Source: Thermoproteaceae archaeon | GTDB taxonomy: Archaea; Thermoproteota; Thermoprotei; Thermoproteales; Thermoproteaceae | Length of the DNA stretch: 32,000 nt | Direction of reading: 5' to 3' | NCBI GenBank assembly: GCA_015521775.1 | Contig: WANN01000012.1 | Coordinates: 78,980-110,979 of the forward strand | Part shown: positions 1 through 7,220 of the stretch, piece by piece | How the letters are laid out: the number at the start of each line of letters is the position of its first letter | How positions within the stretch are numbered: the stretch's first letter is position 1 | The notes under the pieces: generated by a model | Databases searched by the model: none | Told to the model about the DNA's origin: nothing | Seen by the model: the letters and a program-made list of their open reading frames with translations, nothing else | Made by a program: the position numbers and the translations under genes

Positions 1-280
1 TCACGACCATGGCCTCCGATATCCAGGGCGTTCCCTGCTCCGCCGACAGCGTTATCAGGGGCTTGGTGAAGTCGGGCTGCGCCACGATCTCCCTGCCGTA
101 CACCTCGTCCACCACCTTGTAGGATATGCCGTGCCTGCCTGGCTCCGGCGAGCCGTCCCTGCCTACCGGCCACACGTACACGTCGTAGCCGCAGCCCACG
201 TTACAGAACTGGCACATTGTGGCGCGGTACTCCGCGTCGGGGGGCGGAAGCGGCACTCTGCCGGAATATCGGAACGACAT
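1..280 (-). CDS. aioA: Arsenite-oxidase-type molybdopterin oxidoreductase large subunit, N-terminal fragment (continues beyond position 1)
   Basis: Hand translation of the minus strand from ATG at 280-278 gives MSFRYSGRVPLPPPDAEYRATMCQFCNVGCGYDVYVWPVGRDG... The CxxCxxxCGY motif followed by VYxWP is typical of the AioA 3Fe-4S site. The ATG lies 3 nt after the stop of the Rieske gene, matching aioB-aioA order. It is absent from the ORF track because it is truncated. Confidence 0.75.
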   Translation of the reverse strand, partial: MSFRYSGRVPLPPPDAEYRATMCQFCNVGCGYDVYVWPVGRDGSPEPGRHGISYKVVDEVYGREIVAQPDFTKPLITLSAEQGTPWISEAMVV

Positions 281-283
281 GGC

Positions 284-877
284 CTACGCCAAGTTGTCTA
301 TTTTCCCATACACGAGCTGGTTAAATCCAACAGCATAAATGTCGCCGCTCTTCTCATCGTACTCCAACATGACCTGCGGCAGGAACTCTGTGGCGTGGCC
401 CACGACGGCCATGCCGCTCTTAGCAGCATCGAACTGCGTGTAATGTATCGGGCAAACAAAACACCTCGTAGAGGACACAAAGTTTAGTCTCCCACCCATG
501 TGGGTGCAGTAAAGACTAAATGCAACCACATCCCTATCCGGACCAATGCCTCCCACAGCGGGAATCCCAAGCTTTACCACAGCCACATCATGATCCATGT
601 ACTTTCGGAAAAGAGGCTTGTTTGGTGCAAGCTCAGAGATGTTGGCCAGCTTTTCCCGTGCATATTTCCTCTCGACGGGCCTCTCCACAGTGACCGTCCT
701 CTCGACCGTGACGGTCTCGGTGACAGTCTGCGTAGTAGTCTCGGTAACCACTCTTTCCTCTACACGTGGCTGTATCAACGCACTGGTTGCCGCGGCTCCT
801 ACCGCGAACCCGGCTATTGCAGCGCCCACAGCCGTTACCAATACTCGTCTCCTCTGGGGATTCTCCGGGCTCGACAT
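284..877 (-). CDS. aioB: Arsenite oxidase small (Rieske 2Fe-2S) subunit with Tat signal
   Basis: ORF 284..943. I prefer ATG at 877 (MSSPENPQRRRVLVTAVGAAIAGFAVG, a twin-arginine signal). Codons 878-943 are extremely AT-rich and carry a TATA-like box about 26 nt upstream of 877. Rieske ligand motifs are CTHMGG and CPIH. The C-terminus HYTQFDAAKSGMAVVGHATEFLPQVMLEYD resembles AioB. Confidence 0.85.
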   Translation of the reverse strand: MSSPENPQRRRVLVTAVGAAIAGFAVGAAATSALIQPRVEERVVTETTTQTVTETVTVERTVTVERPVERKYAREKLANISELAPNKPLFRKYMDHDVAVVKLGIPAVGGIGPDRDVVAFSLYCTHMGGRLNFVSSTRCFVCPIHYTQFDAAKSGMAVVGHATEFLPQVMLEYDEKSGDIYAVGFNQLVYGKIDNLA

Positions 878-944
878 TACATCCCAATACATAATCAGAT
901 TTATCCTTTTCCAAAAATAATAGTATGTTAAATGTTTTATCATG

Positions 945-972
945 AAAATATTTTAAAATAATTTAAATTATT
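945..972. promoter_or_regulatory. AT-rich palindromes upstream of aioBA (aaaatatttt at 945-954; aataatttaaattatt at 957-972)
   Basis: Both are perfect reverse-complement palindromes read directly from the sequence. They sit in a roughly 160-nt very AT-rich island between the aioB start and the upstream gene stop. Confidence 0.3.
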
Positions 973-1042
973 CTTCATGTAGATACATATTAGATAACGT
1001 TAAATAAGTTATTATGCCCTGGACTTTTACGTAATGTTATAT

Positions 1043-1237
1043 CTACCTAATGTCCCCGCCGCGGGCATTTATTTCCACGACTATTTTTCGGGCCTCCCTG
1101 CCGTTCCTCGCCCTGGCAATGACCTTTGCCTTGTCCGTCCGCATGGTTGACCCGCAGTATGGGCATGAATGGGTCTTTGCCCCCTCCCTGGCTGCACTGG
1201 CCCTGGAGCATTGGGGACATAGGATGATGAGGTACAT
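1043..1237 (-). CDS. Small zinc-ribbon protein (64 aa)
   Basis: This is the C-terminal part of track ORF 1043..1978. ATG at 1237 gives MYLIILCPQCSRASAAREGAKTHSCPYCGSTMRTDKAKVIARARNGREARKIVVEINARGGDIR, with CPxC-x14-CPxC. A T-rich box (cttattttttgtaaaa on the minus strand) lies just upstream. The rest of the 311-aa ORF is antisense shadow of the radical SAM gene. Confidence 0.6.
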   Translation of the reverse strand: MYLIILCPQCSRASAAREGAKTHSCPYCGSTMRTDKAKVIARARNGREARKIVVEINARGGDIR

Positions 1238-1269
1238 TGGGCTACTGATTTTACAAAAAATAAGGTTTG

Positions 1270-2976
1270 TTAGGCGAACCCTGTAAGCGACTTGCCGGTT
1301 ATCTTGGTCCAGACGCTTGGATCTATCTTGTACGCCTGCTCGATCTTCTCGCGGTGGAAGTTGTTGTGTGTGCAGAACGGCATAATCCTCCCGTCGGGCG
1401 ACGCGTAGTGTATGTCGCACCTCTGTATGCGCTCTATGTCGAAGTTGTACACGTCCATGAAGTGCATTATTCCTATGCCCACCACGTTGAACATGAAGCG
1501 GGCCAGCGAGTCGTAGTCCTTCTTTACCACTAGGTCGTATAGGAGGCCCTTCAGCCTCTTGTCCTTGACGGTCTTGAGGAGCTTGAGGGCCTTGGTCTTG
1601 GCGATCTGCCTCCACACGCCGCCCCTGATGGCCGTGTAGTACACGTCCCAGGCCGTCCTCTCGAAGGCGTCCACGTCGACCAGCTTTGTGACTGGGACTA
1701 TGTCCCTGGAGTCCTCGTCGTAGTACACGAAGGTCGCTGCGCCGCATACGGGGTTGTTCGAGAACAGCGGCTTCGCCTTCCCAGTCAGCGCCTCGGCCAT
1801 CTTGGCGATGGCCACCGGCCAGTCGACCGGGCGCCAGTCCCACCTCGATATCTTGCCGCCCGTCTGTCTCTCGATCTCCAGTATGGTGTCCGGTATGGTT
1901 ATCCTGAACTTCCTCATCTCCTCCTTGGTGTAGGTCCTGGCCCTCCCCGAGAAGCTGACCGGCTGTATGTTGACCCACCTCACTACGTCCCTGTTCTCTA
2001 TGGCGAAGTCTATGATGCGGCCCAGGTCCTTGTCGTTGTAGTTACGCGCTAGTGTCACCACAAGCACTATAGACCTGTGGCCCAGCTTCCGCGCATTGTC
2101 TATTACCTTGCGCCTGGTGAGCGCATACGCCTTAGAGTTGTATAGCCTGTGCTTCCACACCCCCTCGTTGGACTCGTCAATAGTGTCGAACTGTAGGTAC
2201 AGCGTGGATATCCCAGCGTCCAGGAGCGACTTGTAGTACTCTATGTCGTTGCCCAGCCTGATCCCGTTAGTGTTCACCTCTATGTGGCTGAACCCGAGCT
2301 TCTTCGCTATCCTCACTATCTCGGGGAGGTCGTTCCTCAGTGTGGGTTCGCCGCCGCTTATCTGTATGGCGTTAGGCGGCCAGGGCCTCTGAGCCCTCAG
2401 GGTGCGCAACATGAACTCTATCTGCTCTATCGTGGGCTCATAGACGTAGCCGGCGGCCCCCGCGTTGGCGAAGCAGACGGGGCACGCCATGTTGCACCTG
2501 TTGGTCACGTCGACTATGGCCAGCACCGTGTTGGACTTGTGGACTGGGCAGAGGCCGCAGCCCATGGGGCATCCCCCCATCTCCCTGTAGTACTCTATGG
2601 TGGTGTTCGGGTTGGCTATGCCCTTGCCGATGTACTCGGGGGCGTCCCACTGGAGGAAGTAGTAGTACAGCTCGGCGCTGCCCCAGTAGAGGTCCTCGAA
2701 CGTGCCGTGCTCGGGACACGTCTTCTTGAGCCACACAGCGTTGTTCTCCTCGTACACGGCCATGGGTATACGCTTGTGGCATACCGGGCACACGGAGTTG
2801 GATATCTTCACGATCCGTGTATGTTCAGGCAAGCCGAACCGCCTCTTCCAAGCCCTTTGGAGGGTCTCGTTGAGGAGCGTGTTCTTGTACCTTTGCGGCA
2901 AGTTGAACCTAGATATGTCCACGAGGGGGCTGTAGCTCTGCACCAGCGCCGCCTGCTGTACCGCTGGCGGTACCAT
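1270..2976 (-). CDS. tes: Radical SAM protein of the MJ0619/GDGT-MAS (Tes) family; probable tetraether lipid synthase
   Basis: ORF 1270..3021. Radical SAM motif is CNMACPVC (CxxxCxxC). An additional cluster motif CPMGCGLCP lies just upstream. The N-terminus has CPVC-x20-CPEH. The C-terminal MHFMDVYNFDIERIQRCDIHYASPDGRIMPFCTHN matches my memory of this family. I prefer ATG at 2976 (MVPPAVQQ...) because ATG 3021 lies 4 nt from the divergent gene start and inside the shared TATA region. Confidence 0.8.
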   Translation of the reverse strand: MVPPAVQQAALVQSYSPLVDISRFNLPQRYKNTLLNETLQRAWKRRFGLPEHTRIVKISNSVCPVCHKRIPMAVYEENNAVWLKKTCPEHGTFEDLYWGSAELYYYFLQWDAPEYIGKGIANPNTTIEYYREMGGCPMGCGLCPVHKSNTVLAIVDVTNRCNMACPVCFANAGAAGYVYEPTIEQIEFMLRTLRAQRPWPPNAIQISGGEPTLRNDLPEIVRIAKKLGFSHIEVNTNGIRLGNDIEYYKSLLDAGISTLYLQFDTIDESNEGVWKHRLYNSKAYALTRRKVIDNARKLGHRSIVLVVTLARNYNDKDLGRIIDFAIENRDVVRWVNIQPVSFSGRARTYTKEEMRKFRITIPDTILEIERQTGGKISRWDWRPVDWPVAIAKMAEALTGKAKPLFSNNPVCGAATFVYYDEDSRDIVPVTKLVDVDAFERTAWDVYYTAIRGGVWRQIAKTKALKLLKTVKDKRLKGLLYDLVVKKDYDSLARFMFNVVGIGIMHFMDVYNFDIERIQRCDIHYASPDGRIMPFCTHNNFHREKIEQAYKIDPSVWTKITGKSLTGFA

Positions 2977-2994
2977 GGGGAAGTCCGCGTATAC

Positions 2995-3004
2995 TTTATT
3001 TATT
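2995..3004. promoter_or_regulatory. Shared A/T box (tttatttatt) between divergent leaderless starts
   Basis: Its centre near 3000 is 24 nt from ATG 2976 (minus) and 25 nt from GTG 3025 (plus). A purine-rich BRE-like cggaaaag flanks it in the minus orientation. Confidence 0.45.
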
Positions 3005-3024
3005 CTTTTCCGACAATTCATAAT

Positions 3025-3774
3025 GTGAGTAGTATTAACAAGCTGAGGGACACACTTGGAAGGCTCGGCCTCGGCGCATACGAGGTGAGGACTTATCTGG
3101 CGCTCGTGGAGAGGGGGCCCATGACCGCACGCGAGGCGGCCGAGGCGGCCGGCATACCCTATTCGCGGATATACAGCGTCCTCAAGAGGCTCGAGTCCTT
3201 CGGCGCGGTGAGTAGGGGCGGGGGCAGGCCGGAAAAGTTCTTCGCCATGCCCCCAATACAGGTTTACGGCAAACTCGTAGATGGCGTGGAAAAGGTGCTT
3301 GGGGAGCTTAGGGGCATCATGGACGGCCTACAGACGATCTACGAGTCCAGGTACCTGGAACGGCACCAGCGGTCCGAGAGCACGTTCCTCAACATAATCA
3401 GGGGAAGGGAACAAATAGCGTCGTTTGCAATAGGCGTGTTGGAGAGCGCTGCCGAGAAGGCGTACGTGGCCCTGCCATATATGGAGCTGTTGGATTACAG
3501 GCTCGTGGACACAATTTTGGCCGTGTCGAGACAGGCCGACGTGTACCTGATGGTCACGGCGCCTCTGCGCGAGGCCCTCGGCGACGTGCCCCCCCGGATA
3601 AGCGTGAAGGTCCGCGACGAAATGTTCGGGGGCGGATTCATAACCGACGTTGTGCTGCTCGTAGTGAAACATGCCGGGGAGCTGCTTGGCGTGTACACCA
3701 ACGACAGGTACCTCGTCGACATAGCCAAGACGTATTACGCCCATCTTTGGGGGCACCCAGACGTTTCGGGGTAG
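3025..3774 (+). CDS. TrmB-family HTH transcriptional regulator
   Basis: This is the C-terminal 249 codons of track ORF 2284..3774. GTG at 3025 gives VSSINKLRDTLGRLGLGAYEVRTYLALVERGPMTAREAAEAAGIPYSRIYSVLKRLESFGAV, a TrmB-type winged helix. Upstream codons are antisense to the radical SAM gene. Confidence 0.8.
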   Translation: MSSINKLRDTLGRLGLGAYEVRTYLALVERGPMTAREAAEAAGIPYSRIYSVLKRLESFGAVSRGGGRPEKFFAMPPIQVYGKLVDGVEKVLGELRGIMDGLQTIYESRYLERHQRSESTFLNIIRGREQIASFAIGVLESAAEKAYVALPYMELLDYRLVDTILAVSRQADVYLMVTAPLREALGDVPPRISVKVRDEMFGGGFITDVVLLVVKHAGELLGVYTNDRYLVDIAKTYYAHLWGHPDVSG

Positions 3775-3925
3775 GACTGGCCGTCACGGCCGAGCCCAAT
3801 CGCCTGAGCCCTACGTCAGACGTGTCGTTCCGGCGATGCGCGCCAGCTCCAGACCCTCATCACCATGTACAAAACCTTAGCGCTATTTAATGCGTGTCGA
3901 CGCCACAGACGGCGCCGCGCCCACG

Positions 3926-4597
3926 TCACGCAGTAGCCACCTCGTACCACTTAAGCCCGTCGACGCGCGCAATTATGCTCGACGCCAAAGCGTAGAACGT
4001 CTCGAGCCTGAGGGGCTTCTTCAGCTTTATGGTGAGCCTCCTCCTGCCGTGACGGGCCACCACGAACACCCTGTATCTGTCCTCCACGGTCCTCAAGCCT
4101 ATGACCACTACGCGTTCGGACCCGCCTATCCTGCTTATGATTCTGCGCCCCACCTCGTAGTCCCTTATGTACCTCCTCTTTATGCCGACCCTGTGCATGA
4201 GTATGTGGCCCCGGGGCAGCGGCACGTGGGGCCTGCGTCCCCTATAGCCTATGATAGTTATCCTCGTGGGCCTGGACATGTGCGACACGGCCGACATTAT
4301 GGAGGCGTAGTCCACTAGCCCCAGGATTTCAGAGATGGAGCCGACCGTCCTCTGCGCGTCCTCTATATGCACTATAATCCTACTACAGAGGGACAGCTCT
4401 TCCGCTACCAGGTCCTTGAACCTGCCCAGGAGGTCCTCCATGGAGGTGACGGGTATCTGGAGGAGCTGACCCCTGTCGTTCTCCACCTCTATGCCGGGCC
4501 CCCCAACCCTTATGTTCCTGTGCTGTACCCCGGAGGGGCTGTACCTCACTATGTCGATTTCCAGGTACTCAAGGGACATAAATACGCTGCATTCCAT
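3926..4597 (-). CDS. Hypothetical basic protein (223 aa), last gene of the Arcade operon
   Basis: The start of ORF 3926..4615 is TTG. ATG at 4597 (MECSVFMSLEYLEIDIV...) sits about 27 nt downstream of a ccttaaataatg box that overlaps the stop of the upstream gene. Codon usage looks coding. The C-terminal half is Arg-rich (GYRGRRPHVPLPRGH..GIKRRYIRD..ARHGRRRLTIKLKK). I recognise no family. Confidence 0.7.
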   Translation of the reverse strand: MECSVFMSLEYLEIDIVRYSPSGVQHRNIRVGGPGIEVENDRGQLLQIPVTSMEDLLGRFKDLVAEELSLCSRIIVHIEDAQRTVGSISEILGLVDYASIMSAVSHMSRPTRITIIGYRGRRPHVPLPRGHILMHRVGIKRRYIRDYEVGRRIISRIGGSERVVVIGLRTVEDRYRVFVVARHGRRRLTIKLKKPLRLETFYALASSIIARVDGLKWYEVATA

Positions 4598-4623
4598 TAC
4601 ACCGAACGTGCTCAATGCATTAT

Positions 4624-7080
4624 TTAAGGATAACCCAACTTAGGCGGTTCTAAGCCTTCCCGTATTATCTGCACCACCCTCGAGGGCGCGGAACGTGCCG
4701 CTTGGTCCACCAACTCGCGCGACTGGGTAGCCAGCACGACCTGCGCCACTATGTCACTCTCCAAGAGCCTCCGCAGGACCTCGACGAAGGTGCGCCTAAC
4801 CTTTTCGTCTACGTACGGTATCGGCTCGTCCATAAATAGGAACGCCACGTTGTGGCGGGCCGACTTGTATATGGCCAGGACAAGGGCTAGGGCTAGGGTC
4901 AGCCTCTGGCCGTCGCTCAACTTGGATATGGGGAGGCGCGCGGCGCCGCTGGAGAACGCGTACAGCTGGTAGTACACGGTGTCGTTGCGGGGCTCGGCCT
5001 CAAGGTATGCGCCCCTCAAATCGCCATAGGGGTAAAGCTGCGCGAACATGGAGTCCACGTGGTCCCTCAACACATCCACCACCCTGCGCCTCGCGTTGCC
5101 CTGCGCGGCCCTGAGGGCCCTTTGTATCCTCAAAAGCGCTGCGTGTAGGGCCTCGAGGCGCGCGGCCCTGTTCACTACGGCCCCTAGGTCCTCGTCGCCT
5201 ATATGTACAAGCACCGACATTATGGCCTCCCTCTCGGCCATTAGGGCCCTGAGGGCGTTTGTCTGCGCCTCCAACTTGCCGTCGATGCGGGACAGGTCCT
5301 CTTCTATCCTTGCCAGAACGCCCGGCGATGCCCCCACGTTTTCCAGCCTTTCCTCGTGCTCCCTCAGCTCCTCCTCAAGCTCCGAGATCCTCTGCCTGAC
5401 CCTGTAGGCCTCATAGGCCGCCTCGAGCTCCCCGAGCTCCCTTTCCGCCTGTTCCACCCATGTCCTTAACCTCCTAAGCTTACGCTCCAACTCCATGGCC
5501 GACCTCTCCGCCGTAGACAGCCTCCTCTTCAGCTCCGCGAGGGACCTCAGCTTCTCCTCTAGGACCTCGCGGTACCCTAGATACTCGCTTACGGCCGGCA
5601 TGACGCGCTCCAGCTCCCCCAATTCGTTCCTGGCCTCCTCCAGCATGCCCCTCTTCGACCTCAGCTCGTCGTCCAGCCGCATGTACGTGTCCACCAGCTC
5701 GTCGAAGCGTCTCCTCACGGACTCAGGGTCTACGCTGTTGCCGCATATGGGGCAGGCCTCGCCATGCGTCTCCACAAGGTGCCTAGCCACGACGTACAGA
5801 GACCTGGAAAGGAGCGTGCGGGACTCCAGCTCCGCCACTTCGCTGGACAGCCTCTCCACGGCGTCCTTAAGCCTAGATACGTCGCCCCACTTGCCCAGTA
5901 TCCTTCTGTAGGCCTCGTAGATGTGGGACATAGAGGAAACCTTGCTCTCGAGGGCGGCGACCTCCCTGCCGAGCGCCTCCAACTCGCCCGCCATCTCCAC
6001 ACGCCTCTCCCTTATGTCCTCAAGCTGCGCCTCCAATCTAGGCAGCACCGCTCCCTTTATGTCCCTTACAATCTTGTAAACTATGTCCAGGGTACTATCC
6101 ATGTGCTCGGGTTGGGCCAGCCGCAGCTCGTCCAGGGCTTTGCTGTCCAGGAACAGCCTCACCTCCTCAGCCACCTCGAGGACCTTGGCTCTAAGGGACT
6201 CTAGGCGAAGCGCCAGGTGTTCCAGCGTAGGAGCGGGGTGCCCCCCAAGCCTGTCCAGCCTGTCCCTGAGCTCGTCGTACTCCAACCTGGCACGGACGTA
6301 CTTTTCGTATGTTTCGGGGCTAGCCCTAATGGAGGCGACGGCCCTGGCCTTCTCCTCTAGGAGGCGCCTCCTCTCCGCCTCAAACGACTCGATGGACCTA
6401 CGTATACGTGACATCTCCCCCTCTATCTCTGCCAGGCGCCTCCTCATCCCGTCTATTCCGCCATACCGTTCAATCACGTCCCTACGGGCCTCTATGGCGG
6501 CAAGCCTATCCCTTTCACGCTGCAGCTTCTCAGTTATCGCGTCTATGGGCAAGCTCTTGAGGAGGCCCTCCACCGCGTCAATGCCGAACAGTCTGTCTAT
6601 CGCCAACGTGCGCCTTTGCCGGGGGCCGTGGAGGAGGGCCTCGAGGGAGCGGTGGGACACGTATATGGCCCTCTCGTAAAGGTCGTCGTCGATGCCCAGC
6701 AGCTCCTCGACGGCGGCTCTGAGCTCCCTCTCAGACCTTATGGCCCTCCCGTCCAAAGCCCCTTCTACCCTCTCGGCGCCGTTGCTTCTCAGTATCCGCC
6801 TAATGAGGAGCGTGGACCCATCCCCATTCGCCAGTTCCACCTCCACCACCGCGAGGTCCCTCCCCTCGGATATGAGGTCGGCGAGCCTCGCGACCCTTTC
6901 CTTGGTCTCCATGACCGAGCCGAAGAGCGCGTATTCTATGGCGTAGAAAATGCTCGTCTTGCCCGCGCCTATGCGCCCGTGCAGCAGCGTCATGCCTTGG
7001 CCAAACTCAAGCTCGTGTCTGCCCCTGTACGCCCTGAAGTTCTCCATGGCTACCCGCCTTATGGTCCACCTGGCCTTCAT
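4624..7080 (-). CDS. rkd-4: SMC/Rad50-like coiled-coil ATPase (arcadin-4-like)
   Basis: Walker A is GRIGAGKTS at residues 35-43. About 600 aa of Glu/Arg/Leu-rich coiled coil follow, with CPICG at residues 443-447. The signature motif is LSDGQR and Walker B is FLFMDEP near the C-terminus. The gene is co-oriented with and close to crenactin, and no Mre11/HerA/NurA lies nearby. Confidence 0.85.
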   Translation of the reverse strand: MKARWTIRRVAMENFRAYRGRHELEFGQGMTLLHGRIGAGKTSIFYAIEYALFGSVMETKERVARLADLISEGRDLAVVEVELANGDGSTLLIRRILRSNGAERVEGALDGRAIRSERELRAAVEELLGIDDDLYERAIYVSHRSLEALLHGPRQRRTLAIDRLFGIDAVEGLLKSLPIDAITEKLQRERDRLAAIEARRDVIERYGGIDGMRRRLAEIEGEMSRIRRSIESFEAERRRLLEEKARAVASIRASPETYEKYVRARLEYDELRDRLDRLGGHPAPTLEHLALRLESLRAKVLEVAEEVRLFLDSKALDELRLAQPEHMDSTLDIVYKIVRDIKGAVLPRLEAQLEDIRERRVEMAGELEALGREVAALESKVSSMSHIYEAYRRILGKWGDVSRLKDAVERLSSEVAELESRTLLSRSLYVVARHLVETHGEACPICGNSVDPESVRRRFDELVDTYMRLDDELRSKRGMLEEARNELGELERVMPAVSEYLGYREVLEEKLRSLAELKRRLSTAERSAMELERKLRRLRTWVEQAERELGELEAAYEAYRVRQRISELEEELREHEERLENVGASPGVLARIEEDLSRIDGKLEAQTNALRALMAEREAIMSVLVHIGDEDLGAVVNRAARLEALHAALLRIQRALRAAQGNARRRVVDVLRDHVDSMFAQLYPYGDLRGAYLEAEPRNDTVYYQLYAFSSGAARLPISKLSDGQRLTLALALVLAIYKSARHNVAFLFMDEPIPYVDEKVRRTFVEVLRRLLESDIVAQVVLATQSRELVDQAARSAPSRVVQIIREGLEPPKLGYP

Positions 7081-7220
7081 GCCTCGCGCAGCAGCTCCTC
7101 CACCACTTCCATTACGCCTCTCCTTCCCCTTTCCCTGTACGCCATATAAAGCCGCACCGCCAGCTCTGCGTCCTCCCCGTCCAGGGCCCTCCTTATCTCC
7201 TCCAGTATTATTTCGTCCAT
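7077..7220 (-). CDS. Unlisted 47-aa helical protein, translationally coupled on both sides
   Basis: Hand translation gives MDEIILEEIRRALDGEDAELAVRLYMAYRERGRRGVMEVVEELLREA. Its ATG (7220-7218) overlaps the TGA of the upstream gene (7222-7220). Its TGA (7079-7077) overlaps the ATG of the 818-aa gene (7080-7078), so both junctions read ATGA. Codon usage is typical of the genome (ATA, AGG). Confidence 0.55.
   Translation of the reverse strand: MDEIILEEIRRALDGEDAELAVRLYMAYRERGRRGVMEVVEELLREA

Noticed and set aside
878-1042. The AT-rich island as a replication origin unwinding element.
   Set aside because: There is no orc1/cdc6 gene nearby, and I could find no repeated ORB-like GC-containing boxes flanking it. 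Its position directly upstream of aioB fits a promoter or operator better.
1238-1978. The upstream part of the 311-aa minus-strand ORF 1043..1978.
   Set aside because: It overlaps the radical SAM gene in another frame and has a Gly/Arg/Gln/His-rich nonsense-like composition. Only the last 64 codons (the zinc ribbon, with its own ATG and T-rich box) look real.
2284-3024. The N-terminal 247 codons of the 496-aa plus-strand ORF 2284..3774.
   Set aside because: It is entirely antisense to the well-supported radical SAM gene and has no recognisable domain. The recognisable TrmB HTH begins only at GTG 3025, right after a TATA-like box. This is a typical shadow ORF in GC-rich DNA.
3816-3863. A possible C/D box sRNA on the minus strand, with GTGATGA at 3863-3857 and CTGA at 3819-3816, 37 nt apart.
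   Set aside because: There are no recognisable internal D' or C' boxes at the expected 12-nt spacing. There is also no complementary terminal stem flanking the boxes. The two short motifs are expected by chance.
4624-7080. The 818-aa ATPase as the DNA-repair Rad50.
   Set aside because: There are no adjacent mre11, herA or nurA genes, which form the usual crenarchaeal operon. The gene is instead translationally coupled to crenactin-cluster genes. This cannot be fully excluded without phylogeny.
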